Notes under the pieces: generated by a model
Told to the model about the DNA's origin: nothing
Databases searched by the model: none
The model's input: only the letters and a program-made list of their open reading frames with translations
Program-made: the position numbers and the translations under genes
Shown here: positions 1 through 9,939 of the stretch, one piece after another
Layout: every line of letters starts with the position of its first letter
Position numbering within the stretch: position 1 is the stretch's first letter
Source of the DNA: Bdellovibrionota bacterium
GTDB taxonomy: Bacteria > Bdellovibrionota > UBA2428
NCBI GenBank assembly: GCA_041750195.1
Contig: JBGSZX010000031.1
Location: 148,669 to 212,668, forward strand
Length of the DNA stretch: 64,000 nucleotides
Direction: 5' to 3'

Positions 1-240
1 TAAATCCACTTTCTCGAAGACGGCTGGGTGTTTACCTTTTGTGAGAGGGGCATCAGCATCAATCTTAAAGCTTTCCAAAGGCTGCTTGTATTTTTTCATC
101 AAAGCCACCACATCCATGCCCGTACAACCACAGATCGCCGCCAGTAGGAGTTGCTTAGGATTTGCGGATGTATTGTCTCCAATCGGCGTATTGGCATCCA
201 TAGAAAATTTGTGGCTATCGGCCACGACATCAAAACTCAT
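1..240 (-). CDS. OsmC/Ohr family protein (3' end runs off window start)
   Basis: Minus-strand translation from the ATG at 240 reads MSFDVVADSHKFSMDANTPIGDNTSANPKQLLLAAICGCTGMDVVALMKKYKQP..., which matches the conserved OsmC/Ohr core (NPxxLLLAA..GC..MD). There is no in-frame stop before position 1. The + strand ORF 41..262 in the track is its antisense shadow. Confidence 0.65.
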   Translation of the reverse strand, partial: MSFDVVADSHKFSMDANTPIGDNTSANPKQLLLAAICGCTGMDVVALMKKYKQPLESFKIDADAPLTKGKHPAVFEKVDL

Positions 241-404
241 TTTATTTTTCCATTGGCATTGAAGATTCATAGCCGTCATTAGTAGCATAAAATTTTAGAA
301 CTAAATACGAGTATTCGGCCATTAAAACATGCGCTTTGATGGTGTAGGTTGAGATGGCAAAAGTTTCGTTGACATGTCTTTCCAAAAGTTGTTCCCTCTG
401 CGTC

Positions 405-1316
405 ATGAGAAATTCTTCCATTAGCAACTTGAAACTATTTTCTTTGTTATTTTTCGTAGTTTTTTGCGGAGCTTCTCGCCCCACTCACGCGGCGGAAGTG
501 CGCCAAAAGGCCACTCCAGAAAATTTAGGAAGTTTTGAGCTAAAAGCGCCAGAACTTTCAGAGGAAGAATGGATCGACTATGTCCGTGGCGTCATGGCCG
601 AAATTGAAGTGGCTCGAAGTCCTGAAGCTTTGGATATTGGTGATTTAGGCGACAGTCGATTTTCAAACTCGGTTGAAACTGCCTCTGAGCGTCCAACATT
701 AGAGGTTGAGCTTTATCAATCTTCAGCAGCCATCGGTAAACAGTTTATTTTGTTTAGGGAAAATGGCGTTTTGCGATACGCTTTTGCAGTTTCTGCCGCA
801 GCAAGAGGGCGCACGACCCCAAGTGGCACTTTTCGCATTACCAAGCAATTGTGGCGCCATATGTCCGGTAGCTATCCAAGTCGAGGCGAAAACAATATGG
901 ACCATGCCTCCTTCTTTCGTCCTGCCTATGCCTTTCACGCGACAACTTTTGGGGCCTATAGGAGCCTAGGCACACGAGCTTCGCACGGTTGTGTGAGGAT
1001 GGGGCGGCCAGAAGCACGAGTAGCGTATTCGTTGATCAAAAAGCATTTGCCCAAAGTTCAATTTCGCTCTTTTGCTAGCGGTGATCCAGCTCCCTCTGAG
1101 ATGCCAACTCTACGAGAGTTTCTTGCAGACGATTTGAATTTTATTCAAGATATGCTCGATTCAAAAAATAAAGGGGATTCTCCTTTTTCCCAGAATGATT
1201 ATTTTAGATACATCCGTCGAGAGTTAGATAACGACTATGTGACTCAAAGCATGAGGGCTAAGGGCATCAAAAAGATCCTAGAGGTCGATTTTGCTAAAGA
1301 TAGAGTCCCTGAGTGA
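405..1316 (+). CDS. L,D-transpeptidase (YkuD family), secreted
   Basis: Contains the YkuD catalytic signature ...LGTRASHGCVRMG... (His-Gly-Cys). Starting at ATG 405 gives a clean signal peptide, MRNSSISNLKLFSLLFFVVFCGASRPTHA; the track ORF starts upstream at 354. Confidence 0.7.
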   Translation: MRNSSISNLKLFSLLFFVVFCGASRPTHAAEVRQKATPENLGSFELKAPELSEEEWIDYVRGVMAEIEVARSPEALDIGDLGDSRFSNSVETASERPTLEVELYQSSAAIGKQFILFRENGVLRYAFAVSAAARGRTTPSGTFRITKQLWRHMSGSYPSRGENNMDHASFFRPAYAFHATTFGAYRSLGTRASHGCVRMGRPEARVAYSLIKKHLPKVQFRSFASGDPAPSEMPTLREFLADDLNFIQDMLDSKNKGDSPFSQNDYFRYIRRELDNDYVTQSMRAKGIKKILEVDFAKDRVPE

Positions 1317-1448
1317 TTTGTAGGCCAGCTAGCAAGACCTGGAGCTGGCCGTCGCTAAATTATTCCCAAAAGACTTAAATTTTTGCCTTTTCTCTCTAAG
1401 AAAGGCATTGACGCTACTAGGGTAGTCTTGTAAAAACCACGGATTGCT

Positions 1449-1697
1449 ATGAAAGACGGAATTCATCCAAAAAACTATAACTTTGTGGTATTTCAAGATA
1501 TCTCCTGTGATCTCAAGTTCTTAACTCGCTCAACCATGAGCAGCAAAGAAAAGACTAAATGGGAAGATGGTCAAGAGTATCCCCTTATTAAGGTCGATAT
1601 TTCGAGTGCGTCGCACCCGTTCTTTACAGGTAAGCAACGTATGCTTGATACTGAAGGACGTGTTGATAAATTTAATAAAAAATACGGCCGTCGCTAA
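1449..1697 (+). CDS. rpmE: 50S ribosomal protein L31
   Basis: Full-length 82-aa match to L31: [10 protein letters not shown]...[28 protein letters not shown]. Confidence 0.95.
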   Translation: MKDGIHPKNYNFVVFQDISCDLKFLTRSTMSSKEKTKWEDGQEYPLIKVDISSASHPFFTGKQRMLDTEGRVDKFNKKYGRR

Positions 1698-1770
1698 TAC
1701 TAGAACTAAAACTAGAGCGAAAGCGAGCAACCTTGCTGGGAACTTAAGAGTCCTTGCAAGGTTTTTCTGT

Positions 1771-2508
1771 ATGGTCTCCTTAGTGGTTGGTTTGGCAGTT
1801 GGTTTTTGCGAAACAGTTGTAGCGCAAGGGATACACACTACAAACCCTGCCGAAAAACAATTCGATCAAATCAAAGCCCTCATTAAAAATTCAGTTTGTA
1901 TAAACAGGGGAGAGGGTTTTTCGTACATCTTCAAAAGTTCGATAAGCGAAGATTTTATTTTTTTGGATTACGCCTGTCCTAGAAAACTTAGAATCAAAAC
2001 GATGGGAGCTTTGATTCCTAATATGGAATTTGTGACAAATGGCAACGAAGCTTGGCGCGCCATTCCTGAATTCCCTGCTGACTTAACAAAAACAAAAGCA
2101 GTGCAAGTCGAGCATTATTGGACTTTGCAAGATTTTGACTTTGCGTTGTTGTTGGAAATTTTTCCCGCACTTACTGGTGGAATGGCACAGCCTTTTCAGC
2201 TTGATCAAAGTCGCGAAGCTAGGGAAAGGGCGATAAGTGCTCATCAGTTCAAATTTCTAGTCAAAGATGGCTATCAATGGATTGAACTAAAATTGGCTGA
2301 ACATCTTATGCCTCCTCATAAGCTTTTGTTTAAATTTTCAATTTTAAACTCAGAGCTCTTGGCGATTGATGTCGACATCCATAAGCACTTGGAGCATCTA
2401 AAATTTGAACGGACTTCGTTTGAACGCAACAAAAAATTTCCAGAAATTATTTTTAATCCCAGTATCGAGCAGGACGATAACGTTACTTATTATCCAAAAC
2501 GGAAATAA
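1771..2508 (+). CDS. hypothetical secreted protein
   Basis: The track ORF 1567..2508 overlaps rpmE in another frame. An internal ATG at 1771 gives an N-terminal signal peptide (MVSLVVGLAVGFCETVVAQG). I recognise no family. Confidence 0.45.
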   Translation: MVSLVVGLAVGFCETVVAQGIHTTNPAEKQFDQIKALIKNSVCINRGEGFSYIFKSSISEDFIFLDYACPRKLRIKTMGALIPNMEFVTNGNEAWRAIPEFPADLTKTKAVQVEHYWTLQDFDFALLLEIFPALTGGMAQPFQLDQSREARERAISAHQFKFLVKDGYQWIELKLAEHLMPPHKLLFKFSILNSELLAIDVDIHKHLEHLKFERTSFERNKKFPEIIFNPSIEQDDNVTYYPKRK

Positions 2509-3622
2509 CGTATTTTTCTGGAAGCTTAAACCCCGCCTCAACGTAAGCATCTTTTTGTATAATAGCCATCTCAGGAATTGCTAAAATCGCTTTTTGGGCA
2601 ACGTCTTTGCCTACCTTTTTAACCCAGTTATCTAAATAAATTCGAGCAAGAATTTTGGTCGGAATGTTTTTTTGATTTTTGACTTCTTCAAGAAGGTGAA
2701 AGCCTGTTAGGTCATTTTCGGCAATCAATGTTCGAGTACTGTTGAAGGTTTTATAGAGCTGATAAACACCTTCACGTCTTTCATCATTGGTTTCTGTGAT
2801 TTCCCAAAGAGTTTTTTTGTCTTGGTATGAGGCAAGAATTTTTTGAGACGGGGCTGGCCGCTTGTAGGTAGATCCTTTTTCGTCATCGGCAAATACAGCT
2901 GGAATCGCAAAGGAGTAAATGGCGTAAAGAGTCGAAAAGAAGTCTGCGTTTCTGTGGGAAGCCGTGTTTTTGCAAGTCCCGTCGTTCATTCTAAATAGCT
3001 TGGCTTTCTCTCCCATATAGCGATTGGTATTGGAAGCGTTCGAACCATTCTGCGCAAAATCGGAGTACCAGCGACCTTCGTAAAAAATTTCTACATGGCC
3101 TGCTCCATTGCCACCACCTCCTGGTCTATGGGGCATCGATTTCACATCAAAGTTTTGGTAGGTGGTTTTTGAGTCCGAGACTTGGCTGTAACAAGGAGGG
3201 GCCCAGCGGTTTAAAACGGTGGTATTCCATCTGACTCCATCCGCGCTAAATCCAACTTTTCTGGGCATTAAGATATCCAAAAGTTCACGAACGCCCGTGG
3301 CGCATAGGCCTGTGGAATAAGTCCCATTCGCCTTTTGCGCTCTAAGCTTTGCCAGCTTTTGTTCAAAGGCTGCGACATTGAGTTTTGCAACGGCTCCAGA
3401 GGGTGCCTTCATAGTTCTGTAGGAGCTACCGGAGCCAGAATTTGAAACAGTCGATTCACCAGAGGATCCACCGTGACCGCTTTTGTTGATTTTGCCGCTC
3501 CCACTCTGGCGCATAGAATCATCTAGCTTTGAGCCGCTTGCAAAGGTCCGGTGGGGGCTTGTGCCCGCAATCGAAATAGCGAGATAGCTGAATATTGCCA
3601 AAAATTTAGAATAGTTAGCCAT
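2483..3622 (-). CDS. CHAP-domain protein (putative secreted peptidoglycan amidase/peptidase)
   Basis: Conserved Cys context (GLCATGVRELL) and a downstream His context (GAGHVEIFYEG) typical of the CHAP Cys/His hydrolase fold. Signal peptide is clean if started at ATG 3622 (MANYSKFLAIFSYLAISIAG); the longest ORF starts at 3658. Confidence 0.5.
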   Translation of the reverse strand: MANYSKFLAIFSYLAISIAGTSPHRTFASGSKLDDSMRQSGSGKINKSGHGGSSGESTVSNSGSGSSYRTMKAPSGAVAKLNVAAFEQKLAKLRAQKANGTYSTGLCATGVRELLDILMPRKVGFSADGVRWNTTVLNRWAPPCYSQVSDSKTTYQNFDVKSMPHRPGGGGNGAGHVEIFYEGRWYSDFAQNGSNASNTNRYMGEKAKLFRMNDGTCKNTASHRNADFFSTLYAIYSFAIPAVFADDEKGSTYKRPAPSQKILASYQDKKTLWEITETNDERREGVYQLYKTFNSTRTLIAENDLTGFHLLEEVKNQKNIPTKILARIYLDNWVKKVGKDVAQKAILAIPEMAIIQKDAYVEAGFKLPEKYVISVLDNK

Positions 3623-3847
3623 TCCATTAAATCCTAAATGCATTGTTGATTTCCCCATTTTTCCCCCAAAATTATTCTAAGCCCCGATCAACCATAGGTC
3701 TAGCTCAGCCGCAGCTTAGTTTTGGCGCTAAATTAGCTGTGCGCTTGGAAGAGTTGCTGAGCTCAGCAAAAAAATACCTTCATTCATTAATCGTTCTTGC
3801 CGTAAAAAATCATTCACTTCGGCCTCGTTTTTGAGTAGAGAGAGCCC

Positions 3848-4747
3848 ATGAATACCCCTCAATATCCTGCGAACCCCACCATCAATCTAAAAGTAGGCCT
3901 TGCTGAGATGCTCAAAGGCGGCGTGATCATGGATGTCGTAAATGCGGATCAAGCAAAAGTTGCTGAAGACGCAGGTGCCGTTGCAGTCATGGCACTTGAG
4001 CGAGTGCCTTCTGATATTCGCAAAGATGGCGGCGTGGCTAGAATGTCGGATCCTAGAATGATTGAAGACATTGTAAAGGCCGTGAACATTCCAGTGATGG
4101 CGAAAGTTCGTATTGGCCATTTTGTGGAAGCACAAATTTTAGAAGCTATTGGCGTAGACTATATCGACGAGAGCGAAGTCCTCACGCCTGCTGACCATGC
4201 TTATCATATCAACAAGCATGCTTTTAAAGTTCCCTTCGTTTGCGGAGCTACAAATCTCGGAGAAGCACTTCGTCGTATCGGCGAGGGAGCTGCGATGATG
4301 CGTACAAAGGGTGAGGCAGGAACAGGCGATATCGTAGAAGGTGTGCGCCATTTGAGAACCATCACCGATCAAATCAAACGATTAACAGTTCTTAGCCAAG
4401 AGCAACTTATGACAGAAGCCAAAGAGCTTGGTGCTCCATTCGAAATTGTTTTGAGAGTTGCTAAGGAAGGCAGATTGCCAGTTCCAAATTTTGCAGCAGG
4501 TGGAATTGCGACTCCTGCTGACGCAGCTTTGATGATGCAGCTAGGGGCAGAATCTGTTTTTGTTGGATCCGGTATTTTTAAATCCGAGAGTCCCATGGCT
4601 TTTGCGAAAGCTATTGTAAAAGCAACAGCCATGTTTAATGACCCCAAGGCTTTGCTAGAGGCTTCTCGTGGGCTTGGACCTGCTATGCGAGGCCTTCAGG
4701 CTTCTGCACTTTTGCAGAGCGAACAGCTAGCTCCTCGCGGATGGTAA
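3848..4747 (+). CDS. pdxS: pyridoxal 5'-phosphate synthase, lyase subunit PdxS
   Basis: Full-length PdxS/Pdx1 match: [48 protein letters not shown]...[27 protein letters not shown]. Confidence 0.95.
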   Translation: MNTPQYPANPTINLKVGLAEMLKGGVIMDVVNADQAKVAEDAGAVAVMALERVPSDIRKDGGVARMSDPRMIEDIVKAVNIPVMAKVRIGHFVEAQILEAIGVDYIDESEVLTPADHAYHINKHAFKVPFVCGATNLGEALRRIGEGAAMMRTKGEAGTGDIVEGVRHLRTITDQIKRLTVLSQEQLMTEAKELGAPFEIVLRVAKEGRLPVPNFAAGGIATPADAALMMQLGAESVFVGSGIFKSESPMAFAKAIVKATAMFNDPKALLEASRGLGPAMRGLQASALLQSEQLAPRGW

Positions 4748-4757
4748 AATTTAGCGT

Positions 4758-5333
4758 ATGACTAAAATACGCATTGGTATTTTAGCGCTTCAAGGTGCGG
4801 TGCAACCGCACAAAGCACACATCGAGGCGTTGGGCTGCGAGTTTGTTCCTGTAAAATCGGCTGAGCAAATTTCTGATCCTTCACTCAATGCCATGATCCT
4901 TCCAGGTGGTGAAAGCTCCACCATGTTAAAATTGATAAGCACTTTTAATTTGGAATCAGCACTAAAGAATTTTTTTGATTCACGGCCTGTCTGGGGCGTT
5001 TGTGCTGGCAGTATTCTGATGGCTAGACACGTCCTTGAGCAACAGCAAAAATCTTTTGCCTTGATGGAATACGATGTTTTAAGAAACGCCTATGGTTCGC
5101 AATTAGAAAGTTTTGAAACGAAGCTTAGCAATGTCGAACGTGCCGTTTTTATCCGGGCTCCTCAGTTTACAAATGTGGGGCCTCAGGTTGAGGTGATGGC
5201 GTCCTGTGAAAATAAGGCAGTTTGGTTGACTCAGGGTAAGTACATGACCACAAGTTTTCACCCGGAGCTGAGCACAAGAGTGCCTTCTGAATGTCATGAT
5301 TATTTTATAAATGAAATTGTAAAAAAGAACTAA
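4758..5333 (+). CDS. pdxT: pyridoxal 5'-phosphate synthase, glutaminase subunit PdxT
   Basis: Lies 10 bp downstream of pdxS. Class I glutamine amidotransferase with IGILALQGAV...HIEAL and catalytic Cys in GVCAGSILMA; typical 191-aa size. Confidence 0.9.
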   Translation: MTKIRIGILALQGAVQPHKAHIEALGCEFVPVKSAEQISDPSLNAMILPGGESSTMLKLISTFNLESALKNFFDSRPVWGVCAGSILMARHVLEQQQKSFALMEYDVLRNAYGSQLESFETKLSNVERAVFIRAPQFTNVGPQVEVMASCENKAVWLTQGKYMTTSFHPELSTRVPSECHDYFINEIVKKN

Positions 5334-6739
5334 CGAAAGAACTTGCGAATGATCTTATCTTTAAAGGGCCACATCTCTTGCGTGGGCCTTCCTTGCTCGT
5401 CAACAATTCCATTGATTCTGAGCAAAGTAAAAGATTCATAGTTATAACGATTCAAAACATCGGCAATTTCATCGTAGCGTCTATTGTCGTTCGAAATGGC
5501 CAATGCGTTTTCACCGCTTATAGGAAGTCCAATTCGGTTTGCGATACTTGAAATTAAATTAACCAGAGTCTTGGGCGCACTATAAGAGCTGGACCATTTC
5601 TGAGAATCGTCCATTTCTAAGCAGGTAAATGTAACCTCTGCACCGGCATTTTTGATTTTTTGAAGAAGAGATTCGTAATCATAAAACCCAGCAGCGTTTT
5701 CGGCAGCATGTGGAGTTGAGGGATTGCTGTATTGCCAGTGGACACCAGCAATTTTAACGCCAAAAGGGATGCCATTAGAAAATTTGGGGGAGATGTTTTG
5801 ATGGGCGAGGCCAATCATTTTTTCCATGTGTTTTTCTAAAACACCCTGGTACCAATTTAAGAAATCCTTTCCATAAGGAGTGTTACGTCCATTTTGAAAA
5901 AAGCGATCACCATCACGCGGGGGATTGATGTCAGAAAAATCTTTTAAAATGAGCCCCCAGGAAACGTTCACACTGCCGATGTTTCCATACTTTTCTCGTG
6001 TGAATTCTTGGAAACTGCGAATGGCAGCGCCTGAATAAGCATTTAAGTATCCGCGGTGCGGGTATGTCCAGCCTCCGGTTCCAACGTAGGATGGGTAGCG
6101 CAATTCGCCTGATGGGCCCATGCTGATGTATATTTTTGTGATGATGCCGTAATATTCTTTAAAATTTTCTGCAAAGGAGGTCATCGCTTCTGCGTACTGC
6201 GAATAAATGCCTTCATAAAAGGGGGCCACATATTCTCGGTTGCCAGCGCCACGCTCATCTTTGTAATACATCTCACCAGGTGAGGCTAACGACCAAACCC
6301 ATCTTGGCAGCGGAATGTCGCAATCATCTCCAATGTTTCCTCCGCATTGGTGAAAGGATAAAATGGGAACCCATTTGAGTCCGGATTCAGCGACTACTTG
6401 CGCGTATTTTTTATAATAGCTCCATTCGAATTGATTGTTGCCTTGTGCTTCAAAGGCTCCCCACCAAACATCGGTCGTTAATGAATCTACGCCGTTTTCT
6501 TTTAACGTTTTGAGTCTTGAGGCGAAGGCATCCCAGTTTTGAATTTGAGTAAGTGGCGCCATAACACCAACGTAATTAACTTGGTGTGGTTCGAGTCCGG
6601 CAGCTTTTGAGTCTTGCGAAAGAATGAAGACAGATAAGATGGCAGAAAAAATGACAGAAACGAAAATAAACCTAAACCCATCTAAGGAAATTTTATGGCT
6701 AGCTTTGCTCAGACGCTGCGAAGGAGATAGTCTTTCCAT
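5330..6739 (-). CDS. beta-amylase, glycoside hydrolase family 14, secreted
   Basis: Strong GH14 signatures: SFHQCGGNIGDDCDIPLPRWVW, GPSGELRYPSY, GKDFLNWYQG, KIAGVHWQYSNPSTPHAAE, TFTCLEMDD, SGENAL. Signal peptide is clean from ATG 6739 (MERLSPSQRLSKASHKISLDGFRFIFVSVIFSAILSVFILS); the longest ORF to 6790 would overlap the divergent ggt start. Confidence 0.85.
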   Translation of the reverse strand: MERLSPSQRLSKASHKISLDGFRFIFVSVIFSAILSVFILSQDSKAAGLEPHQVNYVGVMAPLTQIQNWDAFASRLKTLKENGVDSLTTDVWWGAFEAQGNNQFEWSYYKKYAQVVAESGLKWVPILSFHQCGGNIGDDCDIPLPRWVWSLASPGEMYYKDERGAGNREYVAPFYEGIYSQYAEAMTSFAENFKEYYGIITKIYISMGPSGELRYPSYVGTGGWTYPHRGYLNAYSGAAIRSFQEFTREKYGNIGSVNVSWGLILKDFSDINPPRDGDRFFQNGRNTPYGKDFLNWYQGVLEKHMEKMIGLAHQNISPKFSNGIPFGVKIAGVHWQYSNPSTPHAAENAAGFYDYESLLQKIKNAGAEVTFTCLEMDDSQKWSSSYSAPKTLVNLISSIANRIGLPISGENALAISNDNRRYDEIADVLNRYNYESFTLLRINGIVDEQGRPTQEMWPFKDKIIRKFFR

Positions 6740-6805
6740 TGGCTTATGTTCTACTCGTTTTAAGGGCTGGGTCAAAAATTTTTGCTCCAAAAAGGAACTT
6801 TAAAG

Positions 6806-8584
6806 ATGATACGTAACTATTTAAATATAAAGAGTTTATTTTTAGCTATCTTATTCGGCTGTGCCTCGGGATCCCAGTATCGCTCTGTTGTTACCTATGA
6901 AAATCAAAACAAAGATACTTCGATGGTTTCGGGTAAAGCATCAATGGCCATTGCGACGCAGGGGCGACATTCATCGAGGATTGCGTCGGAAATTGAAAAG
7001 GCCGGTGGCAACGCCATCGATGTGGCCGTAGCTGTATCGTTTGCCAACGGGGTAGAGCGACCATTTTCTACTGGAATAGGCGGGGGTGGTTTTATGCTCA
7101 TTCGTATTCCTGAAACAAAAAAAGAAAAGGCTAAAATCGAAGCTTGGGATTTTAGAGAGCGCGCACCATCGGAAGCTTATTCCAAAATGTTTTTGAGCAA
7201 AGCAACTGGAAAGCCGGATCCAGATAAAAGTCGCACGGGAGCTTTGTCTGTTGGTGTCCCTGGCCTCGTGGCAGGCCTTTATGAAATCCATCAAAAATAT
7301 GGAAAGCTTCCATGGCGGCAAGTTGTCATGCCTTCATCGGACTTAGCAAGAAAAGGCTTTGAAGTTTACAAAGAGCTGGCGGAAGTCTTGGAGGACAAAA
7401 AAGTTGAGCTAGGCGCTAATGAGGCCGCAAAAGAAATATTTTTTAATCCAGATGAAAATCATGTTTGGCAAAAAGGTGACTTGTTGATTCAAAAAGATTT
7501 AGCCGAAACTCTAGAGCAAATCGCATCGGATGGAAAAAAATCTTTTTACAAAGGTTGGATTGCAAAGCGCATCGTTAGAGATATCAAAAACAATGCAGGA
7601 ATCATGACTCTTAGTGATTTGTCAGATTACAAAGTGAAGGTTCATAAACCCGTCATGGGAGACTTGAACGGATTTGCCATCGCGACAATGCCGCCTCCGA
7701 GTTCTGGTGGTGTGCATATGCTTGAGATTTTAAACACCGTTGAAAACGATCCCCTGAAAGAGTGGGGGGCGCTTAACCCCAAAACGATTCATCTAGTGAG
7801 CACGGCAATGCAAAAAGCTTTTGTGGATCGTGCTGAATATATGGGCGATCCGGCATTTGTAAAAGTTCCGGCAGATCTTTTGAGCTCAAAGGAATATGCG
7901 CTCGGGGTGCGAGCGAGAATCAATATGAATCATGCGATGAAGCCAGAGGAGTGGCATCCGGGGCCTCTCACGCCTCCATTTGATACTGACCATACGGTTC
8001 ATTTTTCGATCATAAGCAAGGATGGCTTTGCGGTGTCGTCGACACAAACTATCAATGGTTGGTTTGGTTCCAAAATGGTGGCCAAGGGAACTGGAATTGT
8101 TTTGAACAACGAAATGGATGATTTCTCGGCCGCAGTGGGGGCGAAAAATCTTTATGGAGCTACGGCTTCGAGCAGTGCCAACAGCGTGGCGCCTCAAAAA
8201 ACTCCGCTATCTAGTATGACTCCAACACTGGTGCTTAAAAATGATGAACCTATCATCGCGCTTGGAACTCCTTCGGGGACTCGAATTTTAACTTGTGTTT
8301 CGCAGGTATTGTTAAATCGTTTGGTTTTTGGAATGAAGCCATACGAAGCCGTATCTCAAATTCGTTACCATCACCAGTGGTCTCCGAATGTCATTCGAGT
8401 AGACCCTCCAGGTTTTGGGGAAGATTTAACAAAAAAATTGAAAGCCCTTGGCCATGAAATCGATGAAAGCATTTTAGGTTGCAAAGTTCAGTTTGTAGAA
8501 TTTGATTCGAAGTCAGGAACTTTTGTTTCGGTGTCCGATCCTAGCGGGGAGTCTTGGCCTGCTTTGGTCGGAGAAGGATTGTAA
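6806..8584 (+). CDS. ggt: gamma-glutamyltranspeptidase (lipoprotein-type signal)
   Basis: GGT family: PSSGG..., autoprocessing-site Thr in DTDHTVHFSIISKDGFAVSSTQTINGWFGS, and NNEMDDF. Start at ATG 6806, preceded by AAAGGA, gives a lipobox (LAILFGC). Confidence 0.88.
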   Translation: MIRNYLNIKSLFLAILFGCASGSQYRSVVTYENQNKDTSMVSGKASMAIATQGRHSSRIASEIEKAGGNAIDVAVAVSFANGVERPFSTGIGGGGFMLIRIPETKKEKAKIEAWDFRERAPSEAYSKMFLSKATGKPDPDKSRTGALSVGVPGLVAGLYEIHQKYGKLPWRQVVMPSSDLARKGFEVYKELAEVLEDKKVELGANEAAKEIFFNPDENHVWQKGDLLIQKDLAETLEQIASDGKKSFYKGWIAKRIVRDIKNNAGIMTLSDLSDYKVKVHKPVMGDLNGFAIATMPPPSSGGVHMLEILNTVENDPLKEWGALNPKTIHLVSTAMQKAFVDRAEYMGDPAFVKVPADLLSSKEYALGVRARINMNHAMKPEEWHPGPLTPPFDTDHTVHFSIISKDGFAVSSTQTINGWFGSKMVAKGTGIVLNNEMDDFSAAVGAKNLYGATASSSANSVAPQKTPLSSMTPTLVLKNDEPIIALGTPSGTRILTCVSQVLLNRLVFGMKPYEAVSQIRYHHQWSPNVIRVDPPGFGEDLTKKLKALGHEIDESILGCKVQFVEFDSKSGTFVSVSDPSGESWPALVGEGL

Positions 8585-9834
8585 TGAATCGATTTATACC
8601 ATTACTCGGGATTTTTGTTTTTATTGGAATCGCATGGATCTTGTCTGAAAATAGAAAAGTTTTTCCTAAACGAGTCGTTTTGTGGGGGCTAGGCTTGCAG
8701 TTTTTGTTTGCCTTTTTAATTCTTGGGGTGCCTTCTTTGGGGATTCCGGGAGTCTTTTCATTTGTTTTTGAATTTCTAAATTCGGCTATCTCGAAACTTC
8801 TCTCATTCTCGGACCAAGGTGCCTACTTTCTATTTGCGGATCTTATGGATTCAAAAAATGGTTATGTTTTTGCTTTTAGGGCCTTGCCTACCATTTTGTT
8901 TTTTTCGTCCTTAGTGTCGGTATTGTATTACCTGGGCGTCTTACAAAAAATTGTGGGTGTCATGGCAAAAGTTATGCAAAAAACCATGGGCACTAGCGGT
9001 GCCGAGTCTTTATCGGCATCGGCCAATATCTTTGTTGGACAAACCGAGGCGCCTTTGATGGTTCGTCCGTTTATTGCGAATATGACTCGTTCAGAAATCA
9101 TGACGGTTATGACGGCCGGAATGGCGACCATTGCGGGCGGAGTGATGGCCGCGTTTGTGGGTCTTTTACAAGATGCTGTTCCAAATATTGGAGGGCATCT
9201 TGTGACTGCAAGTGTGATGAGCGCGCCTGCCGCTTTGGCAATCGCAAAAATTATGGTTCCTGAAACGGGCGTCCCGGAAACAATGGGAACGGGAACACTT
9301 CATGTAAAAGTCGAAGAGAGCAACATTGTTGAGGCGACCGCTAAAGGCGCGACAGAAGGATTGTCGTTGGCACTAAATGTGGGAGCCATGCTCATAGTTT
9401 TTATTGCGTTGATCAGCATGTTTAATTTTGGATTTTCGTATCTTGGTGGATGGATTGGTATGGAACCGGGAACGCTGACGATGCAAAGCATTTTGGGTTT
9501 TTTGTTTAAGCCGATTGCATGGCTTATGGGCATTGATGTCGCTGACATCACAAGGGTGGGGTCTTGGCTGGGTGAGAAAGTTGTTCTTAACGAGTTTGTT
9601 GCATACATTCATTTGGCGGAAGCAAAAGCTATTCTCACCGAAAGAAGTTTGATCATCACTTCCTATGCTTTATGTGGATTCGCAAATTTTTCATCCATTG
9701 GAATTCAACTTGGAGGTATTGGAGCTATGGCTCCCAATCAAAGGCCAATTCTTGCAAAGCTTGGGATCAAAGCCATGATCGCCGGAAACTTAGCGGCCTT
9801 TATGACGGCCGCGGTTGTGGCGCTGTTGATATAG
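8584..9834 (+). CDS. concentrative nucleoside transporter (NupC/CNT family)
   Basis: Polytopic membrane protein with CNT-like segments (FLFADLMDS, GQTEAPLMVRP, MTAGMATIAGGVMAAF, SYALCGFANFSSIGIQLGG). Its ATG at 8584 overlaps the ggt stop (TAATG). Confidence 0.8.
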   Translation: MNRFIPLLGIFVFIGIAWILSENRKVFPKRVVLWGLGLQFLFAFLILGVPSLGIPGVFSFVFEFLNSAISKLLSFSDQGAYFLFADLMDSKNGYVFAFRALPTILFFSSLVSVLYYLGVLQKIVGVMAKVMQKTMGTSGAESLSASANIFVGQTEAPLMVRPFIANMTRSEIMTVMTAGMATIAGGVMAAFVGLLQDAVPNIGGHLVTASVMSAPAALAIAKIMVPETGVPETMGTGTLHVKVEESNIVEATAKGATEGLSLALNVGAMLIVFIALISMFNFGFSYLGGWIGMEPGTLTMQSILGFLFKPIAWLMGIDVADITRVGSWLGEKVVLNEFVAYIHLAEAKAILTERSLIITSYALCGFANFSSIGIQLGGIGAMAPNQRPILAKLGIKAMIAGNLAAFMTAAVVALLI

Positions 9835-9861
9835 TGGGCTATATTTGCCCGCAAAACTAGA

Positions 9862-9898
9862 CAAAAAAAAGCCCTGAAGCCATTTCGCTTCAGGGCTT
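9862..9898. terminator. bidirectional rho-independent terminator between convergent genes
   Basis: A-run, then a perfect 12-bp stem AAGCCCTGAAGC / GCTTCAGGGCTT with loop CATTTC. It is flanked by A8 on one side and T-rich sequence on the other, and sits between the NupC-like gene (+) and the subtilase gene (-). Confidence 0.8.
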
Positions 9899-9939
9899 AT
9901 GTTTCCCATTACAGGAAACACGAACACTTACTTGAGGAA

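Noticed and set aside
41-262. 73-aa + strand ORF at the window start
   Set aside because: It is the antisense shadow of the OsmC-like gene on the minus strand, whose translation shows clear family motifs.
1567-1770. 5' part of the track ORF 1567..2508, which overlaps rpmE
   Set aside because: It overlaps the well-supported L31 gene in another frame. The protein only acquires a signal peptide from the internal ATG at 1771, so the longer start is unlikely.
1750-1770. Short palindrome CCTTGCAAGG followed by T5 downstream of rpmE
   Set aside because: The stem is too short (4-5 bp) to call a terminator with confidence. It may contribute to rpmE termination but is not reported as a feature.
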